Of a stretch of DNA of 64,000 bases, positions 1 through 12,239 are shown piece by piece. Position numbers and translations under genes: made by a program. The notes under the pieces were generated by a model. It did no database searches and was not told the origin of the DNA. It saw nothing but the letters and a program-made list of their open reading frames with translations. This DNA comes from Chrysomallon squamiferum (lineage: Eukaryota > Animalia > Mollusca). The DNA is taken from contig CM022665.1 in the NCBI GenBank assembly GCA_012295275.1, positions 30,690,001 to 30,754,000 on the forward strand, read 5' to 3'. Position 1 is the first letter of the stretch, and each line of letters opens with the position of its first letter.

Positions 1-3000
1 GATACCAGGAAAAAGTGAAAATGTTGTTGAAACATGCCTCAATCTGACAGTCTTCAAGGTCATTATTATTTCATTTATTTATTTTTAAGTTTTGCATTTG
101 GCACAATTAGTTAATTAATTAAAAAGTGAGTTTATTGGGTTTTTAAAAAAATTTGTTCAATTATATTTATGTTGATTTATAAAAAGTTTTACATAATATA
201 ATGATAATAATTATACAGACAGTCAGAATAATGTTATTTCTTTATTTTTCTGTGGCAAACATTCCTTTTTTCAGATGGTTAATATTAGTGATGTTAATTT
301 CAGTATACATCTGTCATTATCTGATGTGTTTTTGTAGGCTATGAGGCAAATCCGGGGTATACAGGTGCCATTATAGGTTGTTTTACTGACCCAATTGCAG
401 ATGGTACATTTACAAAAAACTGGATGGTGTCAAGTACAAGTTACACTGTAATGACTTGAATCATTCTGGACATATGTTGCATGGTGAAAAGAAGGGCTTT
501 GATAAGGTATTCAGAAACTCAGTCTTGAATACAGAATGACCCATTATTTTCCCCATTTGTAATATATATATTTAGACCACACAGTCAGCATGGTGAGACA
601 GAACAAATTAATTTCAGACTTTCTAGCAGTAGACAGCATGAAGCATCTTTATCTTTAGCAGCACTGATTTGCAATCATATTATTAATATACAAAAACCTG
701 CTAATCAGTATTAATAACTAACATGACAGAAACAGTTTTAGCTTAGCATGTTGAAGATCAGAAAGAGAGAAGACCTGGTGAAGTAGTTTAAATAAAATAA
801 CATTAGGATGCAGTTGAAGTATCTACTAATTTAAGTCATAAAGTCAGAACATTGATCTAACACTGTGGGTGGGGTTCTGTACTCCTCAGTGTGTCCATTT
901 TTCCATTGCTTTTATACGTTTCTACAGGAAATTAAAGTAAGCTGATAAAATTCATTCTTTTCTGTTAAATCAGGTACTGATGAAATGTCAGGTTACCTCT
1001 CCCTTATTACCAAAGCACAAAAACAAACAACAAAAACACCCATATATTTCACACATAATTATTATTCAATAAAAAATACATGAACGAGATATTAAGTATT
1101 AATTAATTATTCACACCCAATTAATACACCCACACCCACACAGTGTTTTGGTTCTGGTATATTGTTGAGTATTCATTCATTCATTAATTATATAGACATT
1201 AATTAGACATTTATATATTTTGATTTTAAATATTTTATTTACTGATAAATAAAATATCTGAATATCTTTACTATTTCCCCTTAAGAATATTTTCCATTCC
1301 AGCTGTTGTTCCCTCATGGGTTTGTTCAAATTTTGGTATGTGCTGATAAAAAAGTAAGATAATATTTTTCTCATAATGTAATAATAATAATAAATTATTA
1401 TTATTATTATTATTTATTTATTTATATATTTATTTATAAATACATTTTTTTTTTTAAATTTAAATTTTTTAAATTTATTTTTTATTAACCTCTTTTCAAC
1501 AAAATGTACCTGTAGGCATTTTTGTTTACCATTTAGCTGATGTCTTTCTCCACTGGGGTTTTTCCCTTCCTCATCTGCGGATTATAAAGCAGAAAGTATT
1601 AGTCTGATGACTAGATTAAAATGCATAATACTCTCCAACCCAAATGCCGGCAACCTAAAGGAAAAAAAAAAACCCAACAAACTTTCCTTGTTTGCGTACT
1701 GAACACTGCTTCATCTGTGTATTCCTGTCTTTATCTTCCTCTTGTCATCCTGTGAAAACAAACTGAAGAATAGTCAGTATTTCATTTTACAAACTTTAAA
1801 ATAAATACAAAAATAATTCCATCATTACTAGTATTACTCATTACTATCTTCATTATTAATCTTATTATTCTCTTTGATGATGATGTTGTTGTTGTTGTTA
1901 CTGTCATTATTATCATTATTGTTAATTGTATTGTTATTATTTATGTATTTATTATTATTATTAATATATATATAATTTTAATTAATCTCTTTTCATCAAA
2001 ATGTACAGGCATTTTCCTTTACCATTTAGAGGTGATGTCCTCTACTGGCACTATTTTGTCTTCTTTGCCTATGGATTATAAAGCAGACATCAGTATTAAG
2101 AGTCTGATGACTATGTTATAATGCATACACTCCAACCCAAATAGCCAGCAACCCTAAGGAAAACAAAAAACCCATTCCTGGTTTATGCCCAGAACACTGC
2201 TTCATCTGTGTATTCCTGTCTTCATCTTCCTCTTGTCATCAAACTTTAAAACAAATTTCTTTTTTTCTTTTAAATTTAAATTAATGGGTATTTCATGAAA
2301 ATGTGCTGCTGTTTAATAAAATTATTAATCAAACATAAATGTTCAGTGTGTATCTGTTGATTTAATAAAAATATTAAAAAACATATTTTAAGACCATGGA
2401 ACAATAAATGATCTGTTTGCAAGAGTAAATGTTGATTCATATATTCCACTGACTGATACTTACATTCCAACAGGTAAAACCATTGATACATCATTAATGT
2501 ATTTTTATTTTTCTCATCTCCCCACAATGATTTTTAACTGTTTTTTTTATCTTATTATTTTATATGCATCAGTATTATATAACCTGTAAATCTGATTTAA
2601 ATTTTAATATTTTAGCATTAAGACGTAAAAACAAATAGTGGTTTTCATAATTATGCTTTGAGTTAGATATGGTCTTACTGCTCTCAGAAGTCAGATTATG
2701 TGAAAACAGTTTATAAGAAATTAATAAAAAAAAATTTGTCATAGGTTTATAAATAATAATAATTAAAAAAAAAAGAAATGAGGAAATGATAACAACTAGA
2801 GAATTATTTTTATAAGATAATATTTTATGTGCAGTCACTGACATCTGCCTTTTCAACATAGCAATTCGAAAATATTAATAAATGATTAGAAATTTATTAA
2901 TACTGATATATAAATACATTATGTTTTGTTGCTAGTATCTGCCTGCTTCTAGTAGAATTTAGGAAATATTAGTGACATATCATAATTTAATTAAATACAT

Positions 3001-4075
3001 TATTTTTGTTTCTCTCTGTAGAAGAAATTAGAAAGGTTGCTGGATTGCAACAGCATATGAGACAACCAACATGACACCCAACATACCAGGAGGTGTCAGA
3101 TTTATGTGTTACTACATCTTGTAAAAGAAACCAGAAAAACAATTTGCAGCAAGGTTGTTTTCCAGGAGATTTTTTTTCAACTTTATATGTTACTAAATAT
3201 ATCGATATAACAGTTCTGACTAATTTGATGCTTATCCTTTTCACATTTACATTTGTATTATTTAAACTAAATTTATTATACACAATATTTTCATTTCATT
3301 AAAAGGTATAAGTAATACATATTTAATATTTTATGCATTGAAGATTTTAATTTAAAAAAAAAAAATTTATTTCTTGAAAGTTATTGCCTGATTGTTCACA
3401 GTTTTTAAGCATCAGAACTCTATGCAAACAAAATTAGTTTTATCAAAGATTTTTTTAGCTATTCAAATAAAAAACTAAATATATTTAATTTTTTTTTTAC
3501 AGATTTGAAGGATCCAGGAGGTTTTTGGAGTGTTACACAACAACCAGGTTTAATGTTTCACACTGGTTACTACCTCAACAACACCTGCAAGAATGATACA
3601 CACTATGCACATTACTCAGCATTTTGCTGTGAAACCCAGATAATATTCATCATGTAAAACATTTCCAAATGTAAAATAAGTATGGGTATATAATATACTT
3701 ATGAACATATCAGTCAATTTAAAGATGTATTCAGAATTCAAACTTGCAATACATAATATTTAAAATAAAAATTTGAAACTTAAAATTCACTATGAATTTG
3801 TGTAAAGCTGCCTTTCTTTATAAAATAATTCTTTATTATTTATTTTTTTTCTATTTTCAAGGTCCTGAAGTTCTGTTACTCCAAGGTTATAAAATCAAAT
3901 ATGTAGCATTCATACAACAAAATATTTATATTTACTGATATTTACTTTATTTCAGGGTGTGAATTTTAAGTTACATTTTGTTTTTTGTTTATTTATAATT
4001 TAAGGACAACTTTCCACACAGCATCTCAAGACCTATAAACAATTTACAACATACAGTTTTGGAGCTACATCCTAG
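1..4075 (+). pseudogene. GALM: Intron-retaining GALM (aldose 1-epimerase) pseudogene, tandem paralog of the downstream gene; 5' end lies outside the window
   Basis: Remnants are collinear with the intact gene. Exon-3 homolog 338-506 (YEANPGYTGAIIG...IADGTF/LDGVKYKL...LHGEKKGFDK|GT; frameshift in the A-run ~414-419). Exon-5 homolog 2392-2473 (DHGTINDL...YIPLTDTYIPTG; same 82 nt, but acceptor is AA not AG). Exon-6 homolog 3022-3153 (EIRKVAGLQ...; TGA/TAA stops). Exon-7 homolog 3503-3653 (RFLECYT/QPGLMFHTGY...FCCETQ; frameshifted). Exon-8 homolog 4005-4075 (DNFPHSI...TYSFG; frameshifted). Confidence 0.88.
1490..2255. repeat. Diverged local tandem duplication (~260 bp core, ~500 bp period)
   Basis: 1490-1750 and 1990-2240 share e.g. 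GGATTATAAAGCAGA...AGTCTGATGACTA...CTCCAACCCAAAT...GAACACTGCTTCATCTGTGTATTCCTGTCTT..TCTTCCTCTTGTCATC. Confidence 0.9.
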
Positions 4076-5001
4076 AACCAAACTCTGTGATAGAACTGTT
4101 ATGCAAAACTGATTTGTGAGACCTTTAACCAACCATACAAGTTTCAAACTTCACTTAAAAACTGCTTTAAATTGTCTTATTATTGTAATTATTATACTAT
4201 TATTAAACAGAATTAAAAATATGAATACAATGTATATGAAATCTTTTATATTTAAATTGTTCTAAATGACAAACATTTATTGTAAAAAATTTACTTAGAA
4301 AGTATTAATATTAAACCAAATTTTAATAAAAAGTCACATGGCTGAAAGGACATGTACAAATGATGAATCATATAGTGCAAGAAAATATGTCTTGAAATTT
4401 TATGTATCTTAGCAAAATGCTGAGTGTTATTTTACATGTGTGTAAACATTCCATTATTTTACTTGATTTTTTTTTGTTTTGATTTGGGTTTTTTAATTTG
4501 AGTCAGTCAAATAAATACTTAATTGTGTCTTTGGTTCTGTCTGTTTTTTAATGTGAAAATTAGTCCAAAACTACTGTTATTCACAGATTCTGTCACCTAC
4601 GGTAGACTATTAAAAAACAAATACAAAATTAATATCAACTTCTAACAACTTTTAAAAATCAAACAGAAGTTTGTATTACTAAATATTCAAATTTGTTACT
4701 TTTTATTTAATGGAATAATTTATATATATTTCTGAATCAATTTCAAACATTTACAGAGCTGGAATTAAAATAAAGGTATATAATATATGAAACCATTAAT
4801 ATATAATGTTATTCTCTCTAGGAAGTACACAATTATTTCTGACTGTATAGTAATATGTTTATTATTACAAACAAAACTGTTGTATGTTTGACTACCAGTT
4901 AACTTTACATTAGCCAAAGATTAACTACATTTACTCAGATAACCAGACAAAAGTGCACTTAAGGCCTGCCCATTTCAGAACTAATGTTACAGAAATATTT
5001 G

Positions 5002-5003
<2 letters not shown>

Positions 5004-5074
<71 letters not shown>
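5004..5074. repeat. (CT)n microsatellite
   Basis: Pure CT dinucleotide run. Confidence 0.99.
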
Positions 5075-5076
<2 letters not shown>

Positions 5077-5389
5077 ATGGCTGTAACTAGACTTTTTTAT
5101 AATGAGGCAAAAACTGACGTCTTTGAAGTCAGTTATGTCTCATTGCAAGATGTCGGTATACTTCAGACGGTAACCATAGACATAAAGTGGATATCGGAAT
5201 AGAGATTTATATTTTATATTTCTTAAATAAGATCTTTGTATATATATATATATATATATATCAAAAAAAAAAAAAAAAATAATAATAATAATAATAATAA
5301 TAATTTTAAAAATAAATATATAAAAAACCGTCAGTTTTGGTATGAGGTATTTGTCTCATTTGCTCTAATGTAGTTATGGACATGATATA

Positions 5390-5924
5390 TATTAGCAAGT
5401 TGCTAATACTCATTAATTTTAATTAATTAATTAATCGAACTAATTAGCTGAAATTTACCGTACGCCAATGGTTGTCGACACCCGGTCTGAGCCAATCAGA
5501 AAGTGCTGTTGACATTCGTGACCTGAACTGATTCATTAATATCGATCCACTAAAGCGCGGGCTTTGCGTCCGCAAAGCGTATGCAGTTTTTCGCAATCAT
5601 AGAATGATCGCTCGCCACCATAAATTTTTTTGAAATTAACGACAATAGTAGTTAATAAGCAGATCTATACGGGGAACATATTTTGATTTTTCCAGTGGCC
5701 GTTGACTTTGCTGAGGTTTTTAGAAAGATTTGTTGATAAACAAATTTGATAAACTCCTTGATCAATTTTCAAAAATCTAAAGAGAAGTTTTAACAAGATA
5801 TGTATACTACGTCATCAGACTAAATTTCTTTAAAAAGATTTTTCAAATGGACCGACAGAAGGGAATTTTTAAAGACCGCCCAGAAAGGATCGCGCAGAAA
5901 TGAGTTATTTGCTCATGCCTAATA
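5390..5924. mobile_element. Putative non-autonomous DNA element (MITE/HINE-like) inserted in TA-rich sequence
   Basis: Left end TATTAGCAAGTTGCTAATACTCATT (itself a hairpin) imperfectly matches the reverse complement of the right end AATGAGTTATTTGCTCATGCCTAATA. Both ends abut TA runs. The interior is CpG-rich and has the hairpin GCTTTGCGTCCGCAAAGC (5561-5578). Confidence 0.45.
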
Positions 5925-6569
5925 TATATATATATATAAGAAATTGAAGTTTTAAACTCTTTTTGAAAGTTCGTTTTGTACAGTTACAATAAAACAGATT
6001 AGAAAAGAAAGAACAAAATGTTTTACAAAACGTTATATCAAAAGGACAAAATTACTGGGTTACTGAAACAAAGACAAACCTAAGGTGTGACACTTGATCT
6101 ATTCTCTATAGTTCTAGTGGGCTTTCCCCCCGCAGTCTAGATAATGCCCTATAATTTCCTTTTCAAGGCCATAATGCTTGCTTTTACATCTGTGAAAAGG
6201 TGCATATGAAAGATACATGCTACTGATAAAAAGAGCAGCAGTAGGGTGGTAGTAGCTCCTTTTCTCATATCATAACTGTATAATAATTATTTTTTGTAAA
6301 TACTTTTTTCTCTTCTAATTTTTTTTTTATCAATAACAAAATAATAATAATAATAAAAAGAAGAAGAACAACAACAGCAACAACAACAACAACAACTAGT
6401 ATTAACACTTTAACATAATTCGGAAACAGAACTATTTTATTTCGCGGTCTCATGAAATAAAACGTTAACATACGTAACTATAAGCGAATAGCTGGTTGGC
6501 AGACGAGAAACGAAAAGCAGAAGTCAACGAGAACAAATTTTAAAAAATAACAACAAAAAGTTACAAAAC

Positions 6570-6628
6570 ATGGCAGCCATACAGACAGATTCTTTTGGAA
6601 AAACTAAAGACGGTCAAGATGTTACAAG
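6570..6628 (+). CDS. GALM: GALM exon 1 (MAAIQTDSFGKTKDGQDVT-R)
   Basis: AAACATGG start context; AAG|GTAGTG donor; phase 2 matches exon 2. Confidence 0.9.
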
Positions 6629-6945
6629 GTAGTGTATATGGTTTTTGTTAAAATTTACTGAAAATTTAATTACAAATTTGTGTTCTTAACGCTGTCATTA
6701 ACGATTTAACTGCCAGTTACTGCGTTAGCTTTTGGTTGGCCACGCCAGAAATTAAATTTTCCTATCTTGTCACAGAATCTTATGTAAAACTTATAGTGAT
6801 AGATACAAATATTAATTTGTTGTGTAACAGCGATAAAGATAATTATGAATAGAGTTATGTCGTGGAAGTATGACGAAAAATTAGCAAATTGATTTTATAC
6901 AGAAAACCGGCGATAACGCCGCCACAATCAAGAGGCCCATTTTGG

Positions 6946-6984
<39 letters not shown>

Positions 6985-9900
6985 AATAAAATAAAATAAA
7001 GAAAAAAGCAAAACTAGATGATAACTGGTTGTTTTTTAGTTGGTTAAACAGTTATTTATAAGGAACACTGAAATATTCAATTAAAATTGGTGTATATGTG
7101 CTGTGTAACTTGGTAAGAGTTTATAACTTAACTATCGCTGTTTTTAACTAAAATGCAGCAGGGAGTTTGTTTGTTCTGTTTCCACCACAATTGTTGGACA
7201 CCAGAACAGTTCATCTTCATCACATCCATTTTTAATTTAGATACAGTGAGTTAAACCGAGCAAGGCATGTGTGTATATATATATATATATATATAGTACT
7301 TATTTCAGTAAAATATGGAAAAAAGGAAACTAAAATAAAGCAAATGTAACTATCATTATTCCCCCATCAGGGGACCTACGTCATCTGACGTCACTCTAAT
7401 GTTATACACATTTATAACGGTTAAATTTTCTCTGTTTATTCAATTTAGTACAAGCACAGGTCGTTTTTTAAGGAAAGAAAATTTAACTTGGTATACAGTG
7501 TTTTATTTAAAAAAAATTAACAACATCATAGCACTGTAAGAGTTATTTAATGATATTTATAAATTTTAACCTAATTATTTTATCAATAATTCTCTATTTT
7601 TTAAATTAATTTATATTTTTACATAGTTTATTATTATTATTATTTTATTGTTATTGTTAATTAGTATTGTATTTAATTATAATTTAAAAAAAAAAAAACA
7701 CATTTTAAAATATTTTTCATGTTTGATAGTTTAACTGGCAGATGTACAGACTAGCATTTGTGCTTTATTTTCATAGATTCATTTATAAAATTATATATAT
7801 TTAAACTGTGTTATTAGTGCAATTTAATTTATATTTTAATTTTTAATTTTTTTTTTTATAGATTTACCTTGACAAATAAGAATAAGATGATAATTCGCAT
7901 AATCAACTTTGGTGGAATTATAACAGAGGTTATTGTTCCTGATAAAAATGGGAAATTTGATGACATCACTCTTGGATTTGATGACATGGAAGGTAATGGG
8001 ACTATTGCTTACAATGATCAATATTTTTTTACAGCATGTATGTCAAAAATTAAAGGAAATAGATGATAAAATATGTTACCCAAGTCAGATGAATAACATA
8101 AATATATTTTGTTAAACAGATTAATTTTAATTACCTTTTATTTAAAAAAACTATCATTTTGTTTCAGATTATGAGAAAAATCCTTATTATTTTGGATGTT
8201 TGATTGGTAGAGTAGTTGGTCGTATTGCAGATGGTAAATTTAAACTTGATGGTAAAAAATATACACTTCCTGTCAATGAAGAACCAAACTATTTGCATGG
8301 AGGATTCAAGGGTTTTCTTAAGGTAAAATATGATGAACATTTATATTTAAATAAATTTCCTTTACAACACAGTATGATCAGATAAATTTCTCAGAATATG
8401 ACAAAAGTGCTTGATTTTTAATGATTTGTTTTTCTTCTTTTTTTAATCTACAGGTTTTATGGACTTCTAGTGTGGTGAATAACAAATTGATTTTGAAATA
8501 CATCAGTCCTGATGGTGAGGAGAAATTTCCAGGAGAAGTAACTATAACTGTGGTTTTTGAACTGACAGATGACAATGAACTTCTTATAAACTACACTGCT
8601 ACAACAACAAAGCCCACACCTCTCAATATAACAAGTCATCCCTACTTCAATCTTGCAGGACATGTTAGTGTTTGAATTTTAAAGTTCTGTAGCATTTTTC
8701 TCTTAGTCTGGACAAGTTCATTTTTTATTTTTGATGCATATTAGTAAGTCAAACTGAGCAAAGCTTTTGTATATATATATACATACACATACACATAGTA
8801 CTTATTTCAGTAAAATACAGAAATGGAAAAAAGGAAACTAAAATAAAGCAAATTTAACCATCAGGGGACCTATGTCAGTTGATGTCACTCTAATGTTATA
8901 CACATTTATATGTCATCTGACGTCACTAATGTTATACACATTTATAACGTTAAATTTTCTCTGTTCACTCAATTTAGTAGTGGTGTTTTAAGCAAAGAAA
9001 ATTTATTTTGGTGTACAATGTTTTATTAATAATAACAACAACACAGCACCGTAAGAGTTAATAATATTAATGATATTTATAAATTTAAACCTAATTATTT
9101 TATGAATAATTCTCTGTTCTTTTTTAACTTAATTTTAGTTTTTACAAACTTTTTATTTTTATTATTTTTTTATTTTATTATGTAGCTCATAAATAAAAAA
9201 TATTAACATTCAGAGCTCATTACATAACATGCATTGTGGTTTACACAATATAAAAGAAAATAGTCAAAATTTCAAATACATATAAAAAATTAATGGATAA
9301 TAGCACTCATTTCTGAAGAAGATTTAATTTTAATTTTAATTTTAATTTATTTTTTCTAAGGATATATATAGCCATCTGATTTTGTATTTTAGAGCCATGG
9401 AAACATTGACGATCATCTTGTAACTATCAAAGCAGATACATATTTACCACTGAATGAGTCTAGCATTCCAACAGGTTTGTTCACATGTTTATTTTTATTA
9501 TTTTCATCATCATCATCATCTTTTTTATGGAACTGTTCACAAATAGGAATAAAATAGCTTTTGTTGATAATTAGTTCAGAACTACAGGCTGGATAACAAA
9601 ATAATTGGACAGCTTCACTGAGCAGGGTTGATCCTGAAACCAGATGCTCTCAGGCTAGCACTCTAACATTCATGGAAATAAACACTAGGTGAAATTAATA
9701 GTATACAACTATTGCTGTAATATAACTATATATTACATATTATTTAATTAGGAGAAATCCGCAGTCTTGATGGCCTTCAACACGATTTAAGGAAGAAGGT
9801 TCGTCTTGGTGATGTACTGTATGATATAGCAGGAGGAAATGGCTTTGATTGTAATTACAACCTCAGTAACACAGGAAAAATGCAGTTGGCTACAAGGTAG

Positions 9901-12239
9901 AGACTAAGAATGTTCAGTGAATCTGGTTTTTGTCAATAAATAAACCATTTAGAGGCTGTCCAAATATTTGAATATTTGTATCTTATCTCATAAATATACT
10001 TTTTGTTTGCAACTTAAAATATTAATTTAAATCAAGAAAAAAATAATAAACATTCAGTACTAATTAGTACATAGCTCAGTTTGTTTATATGTGTGTGTGT
10101 TTTTTTTTTTCTTTAATAGATCCAAGTATTTTCATTGAAATCTTTTATTGAAAGGCAAAAACTAGTTCTGCAGTGTCTGTTCTTTTGTTTCATTTCTGTT
10201 TTGGTAATCTATGTACTGTGAGGTAGAAACATCTATAAAGCAGTTTTGTCATAGATAAAAAGCATTAACTGATTTGTGCAATATTTCATACTTCTTTTTA
10301 CTTCATTCAACCTCTGTCACTTCATTTCTAGCCTTTTGCATTTTGTGAATCATTTAGATAATAAAATAATTTTTAACTTATCAATTTTATATTTGTTGAA
10401 GAGCTGAACATCTAGGAACAGGTCGATATCTAGAATGCTACACCACTGAGCCTGCTATTCAGTTCTATACTGGTTATGGAATTCAGCCTATCAAGGGGAA
10501 GGGTGGGGCTCAGTATGGCCCATTTGGGTCTTTCTGCTTTGAAGCACAACATTATCCTGATAGTGTAAATCATGTAAGTCATATTTAAAAGTTTTAAAAT
10601 TAGCTGGGCAGTTTTGGATTGAAAGTTAACGCATATTGTTTTGTAGAGATCTGGTAAAAATCCTTAAAATTGGTATAACATAAGTCATTGTATACTCTCT
10701 CTCCATCTTACTCTATATCTCTATCTTAAAACCAGTAGAACCTAAAGATGTTATTCATTACATTAAATATATTTGGTTCCAGATGTTAACTGAACATTTA
10801 AAAAAAAAAAAAAAGAAAGAAAAAATAAAAAAGAAAAGAAATTATTAAAATAAGTTCTGGATTGTTCTGGTTCGTTCGTGTATAATGAAGATTAAATTTA
10901 GATGTGAAAATCAATGACCATGCCTTTTTACTAGACTCAGAAACGAGTGATAAGAACATTGTGGCTAATGCCAATTAGTTTCGCAAAGCCATAGATTAGA
11001 TTGCCTAACACAGAGAGGTACCTGTCTTTAGTTCCATAGTTGGAGATGAACAACTACCTACAATATATGGACACTTTTTCTGAGTCTCGATTAATTTTCA
11101 GTATATGTGTCCCTTAGATCAATAGACACCTCAGAATGCAGATGCAGACAGCTATTTTAAAATTATTATTTTACTGCTAAAACAGAAAGTCATACTGATT
11201 TGGATTTGTTTTCTCCAAAATAAATAATTTTATTGTATGGCAGCTTTATATAATATTTTTAAAGATGACTTTGCCCATTAACTACACTGCAAAGTGCAAT
11301 CACATACACAACAAAACTATTTCAAGTCGCAAACATTCTACAAAAGACCCACTTTAACTTAATTAGTAATTGATACCTCTTCTTCTGTATATTATTACTC
11401 TATACATATAACAGTTAACAAACATTAAAATTTATCAAGTCTAAAATATTATTGCAAAAAGTTAGTAATGAAAGACTGTTTGCATTGTTTCTTAAAGAAA
11501 TTGTCATTCATTACTGTGTCTATAAATCCACACAAACCTGTTAGTATTTTGTGAGAATGAACATTATCAATTAAGATCAAAAACTGCTTTGAAGTCTGTC
11601 TTCAATTATGTATTATGTAAAGAGGCCTGACACTTTAAAAGCACAGATGAGCAAGACAAGCATATTTCATTCCACTTAATCAATGATGCTTTGTTGTGTA
11701 TTTATCAAGGAAAAAAATAACTTGACCATTCCAGCAATGTTATTTTTCAGCAGCTAAATACTATTAAATTAGTTGTTTGGGACTGTAAATGACTTCAAGT
11801 AAATAGAGTTTTTTAATGTATCAATTATTTGAAGATCATTTTGACTAATTACCAACTTAACAAAAAGACACTCAACTTATCCAAGTTTGAACAATGTAAA
11901 TATGTAGCTGTATTTAGTGTATCTTTATGTTTCTTGAATAAAAACATCATGTACTCACTGATCATGAAAGTGCAAATTAGTCTGGAGATTCTAAAATTAA
12001 TTTATATTTTTCTAAAAGAATTATACAATAATGAAAATGTTTTTAATTCAAGTTCTGTCAAATAATGGAAAAATTCAAAAACATTTTAGTGAATTTTGAC
12101 TTAAATTTATTTTTATTATATTTTTTAGATTATTTATGCTAATGTCCTTTCTTTTCAGGAAAATTTTCCAAACACTATATTGCGACCTGGAGAGACATAC
12201 AGGCAGACAACATCTTACAAATTTGGTCTCTTGGATTAA
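6570..12239 (+). CDS. GALM: Galactose mutarotase / aldose 1-epimerase, 8 coding exons, 1035 nt, 344 aa
   Basis: join(6570..6628,7862..7992,8168..8322,8454..8663,9393..9474,9752..9896,10402..10573,12159..12239). All introns are GT-AG with compatible phases and there is no internal stop. Family motifs: DITLGFD, YFGCLIGRV.GRIA, LHGG, SPDGEEKFPG, NITSHPYFNLAG, IPTGEI, GFDCNY, QFYTG, FCFEAQHYPDS. Confidence 0.96.
7249..7625. repeat. ~380-bp dispersed repeat, copy 1 (GALM intron 1)
   Basis: Highly similar to 8747-9146 (AGTACTTATTTCAGTAAAATA...GGGGACCTA...TGACGTCACT...AACCTAATTATTTTAT). Confidence 0.9.
7862..7992 (+). CDS. GALM: GALM exon 2
   Basis: TAG acceptor after a T tract; FTLTNKNKMIIRIINFGG...DITLGFDDME; G|GTAATG donor. 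Confidence 0.95.
8168..8322 (+). CDS. GALM: GALM exon 3
   Basis: TTTCAG acceptor; YEKNPYYFGCLIGRVVGRIADG...YLHGGFKGFLK; AAG|GTAAAA donor. Confidence 0.95.
8454..8663 (+). CDS. GALM: GALM exon 4 (contains the catalytic His)
   Basis: TACAG acceptor; VLWTS...SPDGEEKFPG...NITSHPYFNLAGH; CAT|GTTAGT donor. Confidence 0.95.
8747..9146. repeat. Dispersed repeat, copy 2 (GALM intron 4), with an internal ~38-bp tandem duplication
   Basis: Same orientation as copy 1; 8871-8908 is repeated at 8909-8944. Confidence 0.9.
9393..9474 (+). CDS. GALM: GALM exon 5
   Basis: TTTTAG acceptor; SHGNIDDHLVTIKADTYLPLNESSIPT-G; CAG|GTTTGT donor. Confidence 0.93.
9752..9896 (+). CDS. GALM: GALM exon 6
   Basis: TAG acceptor; EIRSLDGLQHDLRK...GFDCNYNL...; AAG|GTAGAG donor. 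Confidence 0.93.
10402..10573 (+). CDS. GALM: GALM exon 7 (contains the catalytic Glu)
   Basis: AAG acceptor; TGRYLECYTTEPAIQFYTG...FCFEAQHYPDSVNH; CAT|GTAAGT donor. Confidence 0.93.
12159..12239 (+). CDS. GALM: GALM exon 8 (terminal)
   Basis: CTTTTCAG acceptor; ENFPNTILRPGETYRQTTSYKFGLLD*. Confidence 0.94.
   Translation, partial: ENFPNTILRPGETYRQTTSYKFGLLD

Larger units (their letters stand above)
5100..7460 (+). promoter_or_regulatory. CpG-retaining promoter/first-exon region of GALM
   Basis: CpGs are frequent here but almost absent in 1-5000 and the GALM body; the block spans the ATG at 6570. CCAAT box AGCCAATCAG at 5490-5499; CRE TGACGTCA at 7386-7393. Confidence 0.55.

Noticed and set aside
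4984-5202. ORFs with LS, CV, LL or YI runs (also 6265, 42407, 49046, 55470)
   Set aside because: Translations of microsatellites.
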